From IMG/VR virus record IMGVR_UViG_3300027782_000032, positions 96,001 to 160,000 of that record: 64,000 bases of DNA; one strand, 5' to 3'. Source of the DNA: a virus. Position numbers and translations under genes: made by a program. Every line of letters starts with the position of its first letter. Position 1 is the stretch's first letter. Below are positions 46,081 to 56,281 of this stretch, one piece after another. Below the pieces are notes generated by a model. The model was given only the letters and a program-made list of their open reading frames with translations. It ran no database searches and had not been told where the DNA came from.

Positions 46081-47739
46081 CTAGGAATCCCTGTCAGAGT
46101 AATCATCGGAAGCTGCTTTGTAACTTCGGCTTGTTGGTACATCCATAGAGCTGCCTGAGAACGATGCTCTTATAAAACCTGCTTGCTCATCTATGACCCA
46201 TTCGTTGTTTAAAGAGTAAGTGCACGAATCAGCTTCAAACTTTATGACTGCACAATTCTTAGAAGTATGTTCATCCTCCCTATACTTAGTAGCGTCAAGC
46301 CTTTGACATCCGCTGTTTAAGTCCTTCTGCCCAAGGCAAAACATCCTATGGCAGTTTTCAGCAAAGTCCTTACATTCGCTAGCCATGGAGTGATGAAGCG
46401 GCTTATGAGCTTTAATACTATTAGCTTCTCCACTAAGCTGATGAAGAAGCCAAACGCAGCAGTTATAGCTAAGACCTATATTGACTGATACGTCTTCAGC
46501 TAGCTTTCTTATGTAGTGACGCATGTTCTCAACTTTTATACCCTTAGCCGATATGTGCCTGTCAACGATAAGCTTAACGTAATCGACAACCATCAAAGCT
46601 ATCTCAACGTTCTTAAAGTTAACTAGCTTGTCAACCTGGGCTGTAAGCTCAGAAGTGTAGCCATGCCCGAGCTTAGTACCTCCGGAGCCGCTCATGTCAA
46701 GAAGTTGAACATACGTGTTAACTAATGACTTTGTATCCCTGAACCTATCTGACTCTGAAATCCTAAGAACTTCTTCTATAACTCCTGAGTATCTCTTTAG
46801 CTCGTAATCTTTAAGGTTGCCGCTAGTTGAAAGAAGAGCTCCATTAATAACGTGGGCCTTAATAGTATTTAATGGAGTTTTAGACACAGTTGCAGCAAGC
46901 CTAAGTCTTATAGAGTCTATGTTACCTTCGTAATTAGCATAAACGCCTACTTTACGCTTATACGGCCTTCCTTCGGCTAAACATAGAATCTCTCTAGCTC
47001 GCTCAGTAAAGCAATGGTTGGCTATAATGTTTATACCCATCCAAGTCTTACCTGCGCCTGTACCAGCAAGAAGACCGTAAATGTCTCCAGCTGCAACCCC
47101 TCCTGTCATAAACTTGTCAAAGTAAGGTAGACCCATTGGAGCTCCTATAGCTATGTTAGGTTTCCAAACGTCTGGAATAGACTCACACATTGCTGATGAG
47201 CCAGCTCCTTTAAAGTTGTTGTATATTTTGCTAAAATGACCTAACAAGATAGAAGGGTCTTTAGACACTGATTGAACAGATGATGTCTTACTAAAGTGAC
47301 TGTACAGCTTATCGTGTACGCCTCTCTCGGTTAAAAACCTTTGAATAACTTCTCTACATATATGACGGTTAGCCTCTACGTTGTCTTTAGGAACTAAGAA
47401 AGCCTCGTCTATTATTTGAAACACAGACTGCTTAAGTTGAGCTGCCTCATGAGTGCCTCCCCTGAGCTCGTCATCATCGATAGTTATAGTTTTGAATATT
47501 TCAGCTGTAAGCGACAGGTCTTTGTAAACCGTCTTCATGTAAAGCTTAATACTATTAACGATAACTCTGTAAGCTCTTTCATCGTGACTAAAGTATCCTG
47601 TGTTAAAATACTCTAGCGACTCAAGTATTAGCAGACGGTCCGCTATAAGATGCTTTACCATGAAGTCTACTGTAGTTGAATCAAGCCTGTAGACCGTCTC
47701 TATAGTAGTATCTACTAAACTTTCAGATTTATCATGCAT
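46081..47739 (-). CDS. dnaB: DnaB-like replicative helicase
   Basis: GLLAGTGAGKT, YEG, MVVDY, LHQL; next to primase. Confidence 0.75.
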   Translation of the reverse strand: MHDKSESLVDTTIETVYRLDSTTVDFMVKHLIADRLLILESLEYFNTGYFSHDERAYRVIVNSIKLYMKTVYKDLSLTAEIFKTITIDDDELRGGTHEAAQLKQSVFQIIDEAFLVPKDNVEANRHICREVIQRFLTERGVHDKLYSHFSKTSSVQSVSKDPSILLGHFSKIYNNFKGAGSSAMCESIPDVWKPNIAIGAPMGLPYFDKFMTGGVAAGDIYGLLAGTGAGKTWMGINIIANHCFTERAREILCLAEGRPYKRKVGVYANYEGNIDSIRLRLAATVSKTPLNTIKAHVINGALLSTSGNLKDYELKRYSGVIEEVLRISESDRFRDTKSLVNTYVQLLDMSGSGGTKLGHGYTSELTAQVDKLVNFKNVEIALMVVDYVKLIVDRHISAKGIKVENMRHYIRKLAEDVSVNIGLSYNCCVWLLHQLSGEANSIKAHKPLHHSMASECKDFAENCHRMFCLGQKDLNSGCQRLDATKYREDEHTSKNCAVIKFEADSCTYSLNNEWVIDEQAGFIRASFSGSSMDVPTSRSYKAASDDYSDRDS

Positions 47740-47751
47740 ATGACCTCCGTG

Positions 47752-48450
47752 TTACAACACTATGCTTTTGGTATTAATTAGAAGCTTGGACCTTTCCTGA
47801 TTTAAAGCTGATAGAGCTTTATCTGCAAAAGATTTATGTATAATGTCAGGTATAACAGTTTCATAAACATCAACTCTCATCAAATAGTCTTTAATGGCTG
47901 TGCTTATCATGTTAGGCGGTATGTCTGCTGACTCATTCATAAACATAATAGAGTTTACTTTGAAGAAACAAGACACGTCGCTACTCACTATGACATCCAA
48001 GAAAGAACGTTCGTTCTTTATAAGGTGCATTGAGTTTACAAGGTTAACCTCAACAACCTTTCTATAAGACATTATTAAATTGTGAGTCTCTTGTCTTTCA
48101 GCTTCTCTGCTAGAGTTGGTTATCGACACTGCCCTTTCTGTGTAACATGCACTAGCTGCAGGTGGTCCTCCCATAGACGTGTCAAACTGAGTTCTTATTA
48201 GTTCTAGCAGTGTTACTTTGTTATCAATCGAGCATTTAGCTATTAAAGGCCAGACAGGCTTGTAGTCCTTGCCGTACTTATGAAGTATAGCTTCCCCTGG
48301 CCTTGGTCTTAAAACAGAAGTTCCATCGTAATTGGGTATTACTCTGGAACCGTAGTTGGACACTACCCCCTTAGTCTTAAGGAGGTAGTCGCGCATAAAC
48401 ATGCAATAAATACGTCTTGCTTCAAGAGCTAAGGTTCCAATAGACTCCAT
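47752..48450 (-). CDS. Hypothetical protein (replication operon)
   Basis: 232-aa ORF. Confidence 0.6.
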   Translation of the reverse strand: MESIGTLALEARRIYCMFMRDYLLKTKGVVSNYGSRVIPNYDGTSVLRPRPGEAILHKYGKDYKPVWPLIAKCSIDNKVTLLELIRTQFDTSMGGPPAASACYTERAVSITNSSREAERQETHNLIMSYRKVVEVNLVNSMHLIKNERSFLDVIVSSDVSCFFKVNSIMFMNESADIPPNMISTAIKDYLMRVDVYETVIPDIIHKSFADKALSALNQERSKLLINTKSIVL

Positions 48451-49199
48451 TACTTTGCGCCTTCAAGAGCGCTTATCTCTGCTCTTTCAAACTCAGCAGA
48501 TTTTATTCTAGACATAACAGCAGCTGAACTCTCTAAAACCCTTAGCTTTCTAAGCCTAGGAATATTTGTATAAATTGTGCTTCCAATTTTACAATTGTCT
48601 TCACCAAACTTTATCTTAAGTCTCTTTGTAAGGTTGTAATCATCTATTATGCCTACTATAGAATCTATTTTTAAGTACGTTAATTCGTACTCTTCTTCGT
48701 AAGGTTCTTCATTTAAAAAAAGCTCATCATTATCGCCTAATACTACATCGCCATTTGTCATAAAAGTTTTAATAGCTGTTACTTCTATGAAGTTAGAGGC
48801 AGCAACTACTGTCGGATGGCCTGTAACAGCAGTAGGCTGTACATAAATGCATGGTACCTCTTCCAGACTTAAAGTAATAACAGTGTCGTACTTATCTGAA
48901 TATTTATAAACTGCATACTTTTTATCAACCAATGTAGCTAGCATTTTTTTAAACTCAGGAGAATCATCTTTAAGTAAAAACTCCATAAGCCCCTGATCAC
49001 CTCCAGACGCGTACGCTATGCTGTTTATAATCTTCTTACTTAAAGCTGTAATAGTAGGGCAGTATATAACCTCTTCGAAGTAAGGAGCAACTTCTCCTCT
49101 CTTTTTCCATGAAGGCATGTTTTCATAACCTAAAACAACCGACCAAACCTTAGGTACTTTTTCTGAAAACCTTGTCTTCTTTTTAGTTTCTTCTGTCAT
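48450..49199 (-). CDS. Hypothetical protein
   Basis: 249-aa ORF. Confidence 0.6.
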   Translation of the reverse strand: MTEETKKKTRFSEKVPKVWSVVLGYENMPSWKKRGEVAPYFEEVIYCPTITALSKKIINSIAYASGGDQGLMEFLLKDDSPEFKKMLATLVDKKYAVYKYSDKYDTVITLSLEEVPCIYVQPTAVTGHPTVVAASNFIEVTAIKTFMTNGDVVLGDNDELFLNEEPYEEEYELTYLKIDSIVGIIDDYNLTKRLKIKFGEDNCKIGSTIYTNIPRLRKLRVLESSAAVMSRIKSAEFERAEISALEGAK

Positions 49200-49225
49200 G
49201 TTGTACTCAATTCTTTTAAAAAGGT

Positions 49226-50779
49226 TTAAAGTTCTTCATCTACTGAATCAAACGCTTCATCTAATATGTCTGCTTCAAAGTTATGAGTATCTATCTCAGA
49301 CTTAATAAACTTCTCAGCCCAACCCATTTGCTTGTAGCTAGCCCTTCTACTCTTACTTCTATTAAGGAAAGTAAAATCGAAGGCATCCATGAAATCAACA
49401 ACCAAACCAAACTTTTTACCTGACTCGTCATGTTTTCTAGCAACTCTACCTGGAGCTTGAATATCTACTATCTTGCTAGATCTAGCATCTGCTCGTATCA
49501 ACACGCAAAGCTGTGCAAAGTCTACACCTGTAGACCACACGTCAGTGCTTATAACTTTTTTTAGAGTAGCCCTCTCAAAGCCAAGTCTCATATCTTCTCT
49601 TCTAGCAGGAGTCATCAAAGGCTCGGCAACTGGGTCAATAAGTTCCTTGTTTACATAAGCTTGGTAGTCGTCTGGATCCATTGAGTCATAACACAGCTGA
49701 AACTCAGGTAGAAACTGCTTAAGATGTATAGCGTGCTCTATTGACTTAACCATGATTAAAACCTGATCATCATCATCGTACTCTCTAGCTTTAGCCGCTA
49801 TAGCTTTATTTCTTTCTTCGTTTCGCCATATACCCCACCTCTCCTTAGACACTCCACTCATATCTGAAAATGCGCTTGGACCATTACCCTTTACATACAC
49901 CCACTCAACCTTGATAGGAACTACAAGGTCTACGCTTACAGCGTCGCTATATGATAGTTGGAATATCCTAGGCCCAAATATTGCTTCTAGCATGAAATGA
50001 GCTCCATCCATTCTTCCGTCTGGAGAAGCAGTGAACCCAAACTTACGTGTCCTCATAAACTTACCTAGTTCATGCTGATACGTTGGAGCTACAGCTTCGT
50101 GTGCTTCATCGTAAAGAAGGATGTCTGCCAGACCTTCGCCTTCGTGGGATATCCTATGCATACTATCAGCAGTAATAACTGTAACTCTATCCCAAGTCTT
50201 CTTCCCGCTACCAACCATTCCAAGAGCAGGTATAAACTTTGACAACCCAGAGTGAATGCGACGCATAACGTCAACTCTTCTGGTTACTATCTGAATCTTT
50301 GCTTTTGGATAAGCCAAGCATACTGCTGCAAACATAAAAGTCTTACCAAAGCCTGTTGGCCCTACGATGATGCCGCCGCGAGAAGTAAGTATAGCTGCCA
50401 AGCATTCATCCTGCTTGTCTCTAAGCTCCATCCTACCCTTTAGTCTCATTATGTCGTACTTGAAGGCTGGGCCGCTGTGGTATTCTTTGTCTATGTCTAC
50501 AATTGAAACCTTGTAGCCTAATCGCTCTGCATCAGCTTTTACCTTTGATAAAAACCCAGCTGGGCAAACCAAGTTATTAAGACCGTCATATTGAAACACT
50601 CTTCTTATCTCTGTGGTTATTCCACCCTTCTTTGAAAAGTAGGTGGGTTGGTTGTAAGTGTTGTGAGTGTAACAAAGCCTGCTCTCTAAGCTTTTAGACA
50701 AGTCTTCCGGTAGAGAACTCATTCCTGGCACTGACACTTGAAGCAGAGAGTTACCTATAGTAAATAAAACTTCACTCAT
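49226..50779 (-). CDS. SF2 DEAD/DEAH-type helicase (UvsW/SSL2-like)
   Basis: GPTGFGKT, LYDEAH, FTASP, STGVD, QAPGRVAR; start moved to MSEVLF (AAGGAG). Confidence 0.9.
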   Translation of the reverse strand: MSEVLFTIGNSLLQVSVPGMSSLPEDLSKSLESRLCYTHNTYNQPTYFSKKGGITTEIRRVFQYDGLNNLVCPAGFLSKVKADAERLGYKVSIVDIDKEYHSGPAFKYDIMRLKGRMELRDKQDECLAAILTSRGGIIVGPTGFGKTFMFAAVCLAYPKAKIQIVTRRVDVMRRIHSGLSKFIPALGMVGSGKKTWDRVTVITADSMHRISHEGEGLADILLYDEAHEAVAPTYQHELGKFMRTRKFGFTASPDGRMDGAHFMLEAIFGPRIFQLSYSDAVSVDLVVPIKVEWVYVKGNGPSAFSDMSGVSKERWGIWRNEERNKAIAAKAREYDDDDQVLIMVKSIEHAIHLKQFLPEFQLCYDSMDPDDYQAYVNKELIDPVAEPLMTPARREDMRLGFERATLKKVISTDVWSTGVDFAQLCVLIRADARSSKIVDIQAPGRVARKHDESGKKFGLVVDFMDAFDFTFLNRSKSRRASYKQMGWAEKFIKSEIDTHNFEADILDEAFDSVDEEL

Positions 50780-51002
50780 AATCGCTCCTTCGAACTTTAA
50801 ACTCAAAATAATAGATTTATGGCAGCCTCTGGAGGTACCAGTGATTGCCACTTTTGTTGTTACTAAGTAGGTCTTTCGGATTCTATTTTGATAGAAGGTT
50901 TGAGTCAATTACTGAACTTAAAACAAGTTTTGTAATTGATTACAAAGCGTTACATGCTAGTAAGTTAAACTTAATAATATTAAAAATAAACTTACATGTA
51001 CA

Positions 51003-51917
51003 CTACTTCAACTTGCTAAGGTGAATAGCCAAACCTATTGAATCCTTCTCTTGTGAAAAGAAAAGATCTGGATCAAACACTTTCTCCATCCAAGGGTTTG
51101 GATATGGATATATGCTGTCCATCCAAGCCATACGTACAAACTTGATAAAGAGCTGAGACATTCTTAACGAACTAACCCAAGGTTTGTGGTTTGCCCATTT
51201 AGTACTGCCTTCTCTTATAATAAACCAACCAGGCCTAGTCATCTCGGATATGGAAGCTGACAAGCCCTTGGACCAGCAGGAGTAAACGTCAAACTTCTTT
51301 ACAAGCTTATCGTCAGTCTGTGGTCCATTGCACAAGCCAAGCCAAGAATACAACCTTGAAAGCCTAGATGGATGGTTAGGGTCTATATACCACCTTGGGT
51401 CACCTATTCTAGCCATAACCTTTGTGAAGAACATGTCATCTATATGAGGTATGAAGCTTACATAGTTCCATACAGGATGCTGCTTCATTAGCTCACAAGC
51501 TTTTATGTGAGAGCCTTCTGTCTCTGATCTTATAAGAGCCCCAACCCCGTATGAAGCGCAATCTAACATATCAGCCTCATGCCAACCACCTAAAGACGGA
51601 ATAGCTGAAGCCATTCTCATCTTAATAAGATTAGCCGGCGCATCGTTGTTAGATACTATGATTGGGCTGCCTATCTCAAGAGACTTGAGCCTGTGCTTAA
51701 CTTTAAGCCGGTACAATCTTACAATCATACCGGCGTTTGAACCACTACCTAAAACACGAATCTTATCAGGGCAGTTTCCAGAGGTCTCAAGCTTGTCTAT
51801 GTAACCCTCAACAGTAAGCTTAGTGCTGTAAGGCATTCTGTCGCCTTCTATAACCCACACCTCACTGTTGCTGTCTAAGGCAAGCTTGAAAACCGAACCT
51901 TCTACTGTTGTACCCAT
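51003..51917 (-). CDS. Degenerate IS110/Nop-domain-related protein, apparently domesticated
   Basis: IPHID..VMARIGDPRWY..LYSWLGL matches the IS110 Transposase_20 pattern; DEDD acids and the SG serine are not evident. Confidence 0.55.
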   Translation of the reverse strand: MGTTVEGSVFKLALDSNSEVWVIEGDRMPYSTKLTVEGYIDKLETSGNCPDKIRVLGSGSNAGMIVRLYRLKVKHRLKSLEIGSPIIVSNNDAPANLIKMRMASAIPSLGGWHEADMLDCASYGVGALIRSETEGSHIKACELMKQHPVWNYVSFIPHIDDMFFTKVMARIGDPRWYIDPNHPSRLSRLYSWLGLCNGPQTDDKLVKKFDVYSCWSKGLSASISEMTRPGWFIIREGSTKWANHKPWVSSLRMSQLFIKFVRMAWMDSIYPYPNPWMEKVFDPDLFFSQEKDSIGLAIHLSKLK

Positions 51918-51924
51918 CTATCAC

Positions 51925-54039
51925 CTATTTATAAAGAGTCAGCGTATGATCGCACATGCGCTCCATAGCTTTCTCGTGACTGACTACAATAACTTGCAGT
52001 CCAGAGGACTTAGACATAGCTCTTAGTCTATTGAAAGCTGTGTCTAAACATTCGATGTTGTCATCGTCTAGACCTACGGTTGGTTCATCAAGTACTAACA
52101 GGTTTACACCTGAAGCTACTCCAAACTGAACAGCTAGCCTGAATGCAAGAGCCAGAACAACCTTCTCACCGCCTGACAATCTAGCCGCTGGTAAGTCTCT
52201 TCCGTCATTGAACTTTGCCCAGAACACAAGCTCGTCATCAGAGTAAACTCTGAACGGAGCGTTAAAGTCTTCTAGATACTCATTCAACTTAATCACTGTC
52301 CTCTTTAAGTAGTTTACCGTAAGTCTCTTCGGTAAGTTAGACTTATGCATAACTTCTTTAAGATTTTCAAAATGATCCTTAGCAACTTTATTAACCCTAG
52401 CTTCTTCTATGTCTCCAACCAGCTTATCTCTTCTATTATATAAGTAATCTAAAGTTTCAACAGTTGCTTTTGATTGCTCTTCAAATCGTATTTTCTTTTC
52501 TCTGTCTTGATTTACTAAATTGATGCTATCACACAATACTCTTTCTTGCATGTAGTAGTCTTCACTTATGTTGCATTCTTTACTTCTAGTTTCAATCTGA
52601 GACAAAAGTGAGTCTCTGGTTGCTTTTAAAGAAGTTATGCAAAAGTCTAAAGCAGAAAGCTTTGATGACAAAGACTCATAGGATGTTCTAAGCTCAGTAA
52701 AGGTAGAAATAAACTTATTAACCTCGTCTTCAGAAACAGAAGGCTGCTCAGGTCTTTCAGTCTGAAGTTTTAGTGTAATTAACTCAAGCTTACTGTTAAG
52801 ACCAGCTAAGTCTGAAGAGTGTTTGTAATTAGCAGTGTCGTACTCTCTGCTAAGCTGATACTGCTTCTTCATGTGGTCTATGAGTGGAGACGTCTCCACT
52901 AGATGCTTAGATATAGCGTCTATTGCAGCTAAAAGTACTTCTCCGGTAGTACCACATACAGGGCACTCTTTCTTTGAAGTAAGTTGAATTAGGTTCTGCC
53001 TCTTAGCTTCTAAAGCCCCAGCCGACTGTGAGTACTTCTCAAAATCTAAACCACTAGACTCTATGTAAGGAGACGGCTTTATAGGAGCAGATGCAACTAG
53101 TACTGATATACTTTCTTCAACTATAACAAGCTGAGCCTCATTAGCTGCTTTGCTATTGTCGTACTTATGTATAAGACTCCACTGATACTGATGTTTTTTA
53201 TACTCAGATAGAGCTGCATCTGAGTCTTTAACTAAAGACAGGTCATCAACCTTTGCTGAAAGAGGAGGCCTAGCTTCTTCTGCCTGACTTAGATCAGACA
53301 AAACTAAACTTAGAGTTTCTGAACACTTGTTGATGTCACGTTTTACATCTTTCTTTCTTCTTACTTCGCTGAGGTCTTTTTGAAGCTCAGTGTCGTCTAC
53401 TACGTTTAAAGACACTTCCTTCAAAGATTTCGATATAGACTCAAGTAGTAGAGTCTTCTCTCGTATCTGAGCAAGTACAGACTCTACAGTTTCAGATGGA
53501 ACCTGCACTAATATCTTAGATGAATATTTATTTATCTCGTCGTAGCAAAGTTCTGCTTTGTCTAAACCGTATAGCGACTGCAGAGCTGACAGCCTGTCAG
53601 ATTTAGGTAAAGTAAATATGCTGAACATCTGCCATTGGTCTACAAATATGTAGTCAGACAATATGTTAGAGCTTACTCCGACCAAACCTTCGATAGCAGT
53701 AGTAACTTCTCTGTCTCCAGTCAGTGGAGGCATAGAGTTTATAATTAAAGACCGCTTGTTAGGTCTTAGGTTCCTCTTTATAACAGCCTTACCGCCTGTT
53801 GTAGAAAATGTTAGCTCTACAAATGACTCATCTTTATCTGAGCATATTTTATTAATGTTTTCTGATAGAACACCTTCATTCCTTTTAAAATCTCCAGTAA
53901 GAGCTGCGTACGCTCCCTTGATAGCGTTAGACTTTCCTCCACCGTTAGGCCCTGTTATGGCAGTTATGCCATCAAGAAAAGTCCAGTCAAGTTCTTGATG
54001 CTGGCAGAAGTTACGCAACCGAAGTTTATCAAGTCTCAT
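51925..54039 (-). CDS. sbcC: SbcC/Rad50-like SMC ATPase
   Basis: GPNGGGKS, central CPVCG zinc hook, LSGGE, LVLDEPT, VVSH. Confidence 0.92.
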   Translation of the reverse strand: MRLDKLRLRNFCQHQELDWTFLDGITAITGPNGGGKSNAIKGAYAALTGDFKRNEGVLSENINKICSDKDESFVELTFSTTGGKAVIKRNLRPNKRSLIINSMPPLTGDREVTTAIEGLVGVSSNILSDYIFVDQWQMFSIFTLPKSDRLSALQSLYGLDKAELCYDEINKYSSKILVQVPSETVESVLAQIREKTLLLESISKSLKEVSLNVVDDTELQKDLSEVRRKKDVKRDINKCSETLSLVLSDLSQAEEARPPLSAKVDDLSLVKDSDAALSEYKKHQYQWSLIHKYDNSKAANEAQLVIVEESISVLVASAPIKPSPYIESSGLDFEKYSQSAGALEAKRQNLIQLTSKKECPVCGTTGEVLLAAIDAISKHLVETSPLIDHMKKQYQLSREYDTANYKHSSDLAGLNSKLELITLKLQTERPEQPSVSEDEVNKFISTFTELRTSYESLSSKLSALDFCITSLKATRDSLLSQIETRSKECNISEDYYMQERVLCDSINLVNQDREKKIRFEEQSKATVETLDYLYNRRDKLVGDIEEARVNKVAKDHFENLKEVMHKSNLPKRLTVNYLKRTVIKLNEYLEDFNAPFRVYSDDELVFWAKFNDGRDLPAARLSGGEKVVLALAFRLAVQFGVASGVNLLVLDEPTVGLDDDNIECLDTAFNRLRAMSKSSGLQVIVVSHEKAMERMCDHTLTLYK
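52884..52899. promoter_or_regulatory. Palindrome site 8 (in sbcC coiled coil, frame V-E-T-S-P)
   Basis: AGTGGAGACGTCTCCACT at 52883-52900. Confidence 0.8.
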
Positions 54040-54080
54040 GATACCTCCAATCTAGTAGGGTAAATGATACATACTAAACA

Positions 54081-54116
54081 AAATAAGCCCACCCCAAAGA
54101 AGAGGTAGGCTTATTT
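54081..54116 (-). terminator. Probable terminator
   Basis: AAATAAGCC..GGCTTATTT stem flanked by A-tracts. Confidence 0.55.
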
Positions 54117-54134
54117 AAAATATAAAACAGTATG

Positions 54135-54809
54135 TTACTTAGTCATAGTTTTATCAGGACCTATGCCTGTATATGGTCTGCCATTTAAGGAGCCTCCTGG
54201 CACGGCTTGCATAACTGCAGGAGCTATAGATGGAGGAGCAGGCTTTGGAATTCTTGTAGCTGGCCTGCTTCCTTTAATTGTAGCAGGCTTCTTTACTGAA
54301 ACTGGCTTTTTAGGTTTAGCCTTATTAATACCTTTAGTCTTAGGAGGAAGTACCTTAGGCTTACCGGTAGGCTTACCCTTAGGCTTTGGGTTACTAGGAG
54401 CCAACGGAGACTCAACTACAGGCTTAGTTGATGGAGGATCAGGAATAGGCTCAGCTGTATTAGATGGCGGTGGAAACCCTGTACAAATCTCAGGAGGAAT
54501 ACTCCATGTGTCAAAGCTTCCATAAATTCCAAAAGAATTAGTAGTAGTAACAGTTGGCGGTGAAGGAACTTTTACTCCTGGAAAGTCTTTATACTGTTTA
54601 ACTAACTGGTTATAATAATCACCTGCTGAGTTAACTTGTGCTCTTGCAGTACCCAAACTTTGAGAAATAGTATTGTCCCATCCTGTATTATCTTTAAGCT
54701 GTGATCGTTTATTATCTAAATCAGTTACTGCTGCTTTAAGATCGTCTTTAGCAGCCTGCAGATCTTTGTTAGCCTTGTCTGGGTCAAACTTAAAAAACAT
54801 GCTGGTCAT
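54135..54809 (-). CDS. Pro/Lys-rich hypothetical protein
   Basis: N-terminal coiled coil, PKPK-rich basic tail. Confidence 0.6.
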   Translation of the reverse strand: MTSMFFKFDPDKANKDLQAAKDDLKAAVTDLDNKRSQLKDNTGWDNTISQSLGTARAQVNSAGDYYNQLVKQYKDFPGVKVPSPPTVTTTNSFGIYGSFDTWSIPPEICTGFPPPSNTAEPIPDPPSTKPVVESPLAPSNPKPKGKPTGKPKVLPPKTKGINKAKPKKPVSVKKPATIKGSRPATRIPKPAPPSIAPAVMQAVPGGSLNGRPYTGIGPDKTMTK

Positions 54810-54880
54810 GTTATTACCTCGCTAACTGAAAATATGTGGTAGCCAGTTGTAGCCAGCTACCATTATCTCCTATAAACCTT

Positions 54881-56035
54881 TCAAGTTCCACCACTTTTTA
54901 TGTCACTAAGCATGTTATCCAACTCGCCCCTCAAATCCTCTACTGATCTGCTAGACCATAGCTTTATAAGGTCATTGTAGCTTCTTTCGGTAACATCACA
55001 AAAATCCTTTAAAGACTCATGAAATGACGAGTTTATATCAAAAGATCCTACTAGCTTGTCCAAGTCAGAAGCTACTGATGGCAAGTCAACTATTTCTTCA
55101 ATTATAGGCACAAGGTCCACGTGAGCCTTGTCCTTAAAAGCTGAAGTTATAGCTGCGTTAACGTTATCTAACTTAGTAGAGTAACGTATCCTAAATATAG
55201 GCCGTCCTATGTCGTTAGGCATATCGTCAGACTCAACTTTTTCAGCAACCTTTACCATAGTGTGAAGGTCGCTTTCTGAGTTTATTACTGACTGAATTAG
55301 TCGCCTTGTCTTATAAGGTGCTGATACAAACCCAAGGTCTTCAGTCATAATCCAAGCTGCTTTGTTGCAAGACTCTTTCAAATCTTGAAGACATATGCTG
55401 CCTGGAGATACAAACTTCATGTCATTAACGTCTGATATAAAATGTGAGTGAAAGTCTCCACTTATAAGAGCCTTGTACTTAAGGTTGTGTTCTACTAACG
55501 AGTAAGAGCAGCAAAATTCTTGTCCTGTATGAGGAAGCAGCTCGCTCCAAACCTGATGAGTAACTAGAACATCTGCAGGTCTAAATCTGTTGTAAGAGTC
55601 TTCAACAGACTTAGGAAGAAAGTAGTCGTAACCAAAAAAGTCCACTCCTTTTATTTTAAAGTTCTTGTTATGAACGTTTTCACAACCTTTAAACAGACTA
55701 AGCCAGGTAGGGTCTGACATCTCGTGCTGACCTTGCACATAGTATACCGGCAATCCTTTTTCATACATCCTTGCCATCTGGTTTGAAACAACATGTATGC
55801 TGTAAGAGTCAGGATTCTTTATGTCAAACAAATCACCAGCCGCTATAAGCGGTACGCTTAGGGCTATAGCCATATCAACTATTTGTGTAAGAGAGTATTC
55901 AGCATCTCCTTTTATACTTGGAAACTTCTTCCAAGCATTAAGTGCAACATGCCAATCAGATGTAACTACTGCCAAAGGTTTTGAATTTAAAGAAACATTA
56001 TTAATAGGATTTTTCATGAATGCTCCACTGTCCAT
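54881..56035 (-). CDS. sbcD: SbcD/Mre11-like metallophosphoesterase nuclease
   Basis: SDWH, AGDLFD, GQHE, THQ, GDFH, PGS. Confidence 0.88.
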   Translation of the reverse strand: MDSGAFMKNPINNVSLNSKPLAVVTSDWHVALNAWKKFPSIKGDAEYSLTQIVDMAIALSVPLIAAGDLFDIKNPDSYSIHVVSNQMARMYEKGLPVYYVQGQHEMSDPTWLSLFKGCENVHNKNFKIKGVDFFGYDYFLPKSVEDSYNRFRPADVLVTHQVWSELLPHTGQEFCCSYSLVEHNLKYKALISGDFHSHFISDVNDMKFVSPGSICLQDLKESCNKAAWIMTEDLGFVSAPYKTRRLIQSVINSESDLHTMVKVAEKVESDDMPNDIGRPIFRIRYSTKLDNVNAAITSAFKDKAHVDLVPIIEEIVDLPSVASDLDKLVGSFDINSSFHESLKDFCDVTERSYNDLIKLWSSRSVEDLRGELDNMLSDIKSGGT

Positions 56036-56095
56036 TGGATTTAAAACAATATAATACTCTAGGCGGTAACTGAAACCACTTCAGGAGAACTAAAA

Positions 56096-56281
56096 ATGCT
56101 AATATTATCAAGAAAAGTAGAAGAGTCTATAAAGATATCAGACGATATCGTAATAAAGATAGTTCGTATAAGTGGCAACCAAGTTAAGATAGGAATAGAA
56201 GCACCAGCTCACATGACTGTTAGCAGGTCAGAAGATAAAACTAGATCTGTTGGTAAGTTTAACCTTAAACATACCTCATAA
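56096..56281 (+). CDS. csrA: Carbon storage regulator (RNA-binding translational regulator)
   Basis: [33 protein letters not shown]. Confidence 0.92.
   Translation: MLILSRKVEESIKISDDIVIKIVRISGNQVKIGIEAPAHMTVSRSEDKTRSVGKFNLKHTS

Noticed and set aside
54837-54861. GGTAGC...GCTACC stem with a TAGCCAG duplication
   Set aside because: Short and single-copy; it could arise by chance or be a weak terminator.
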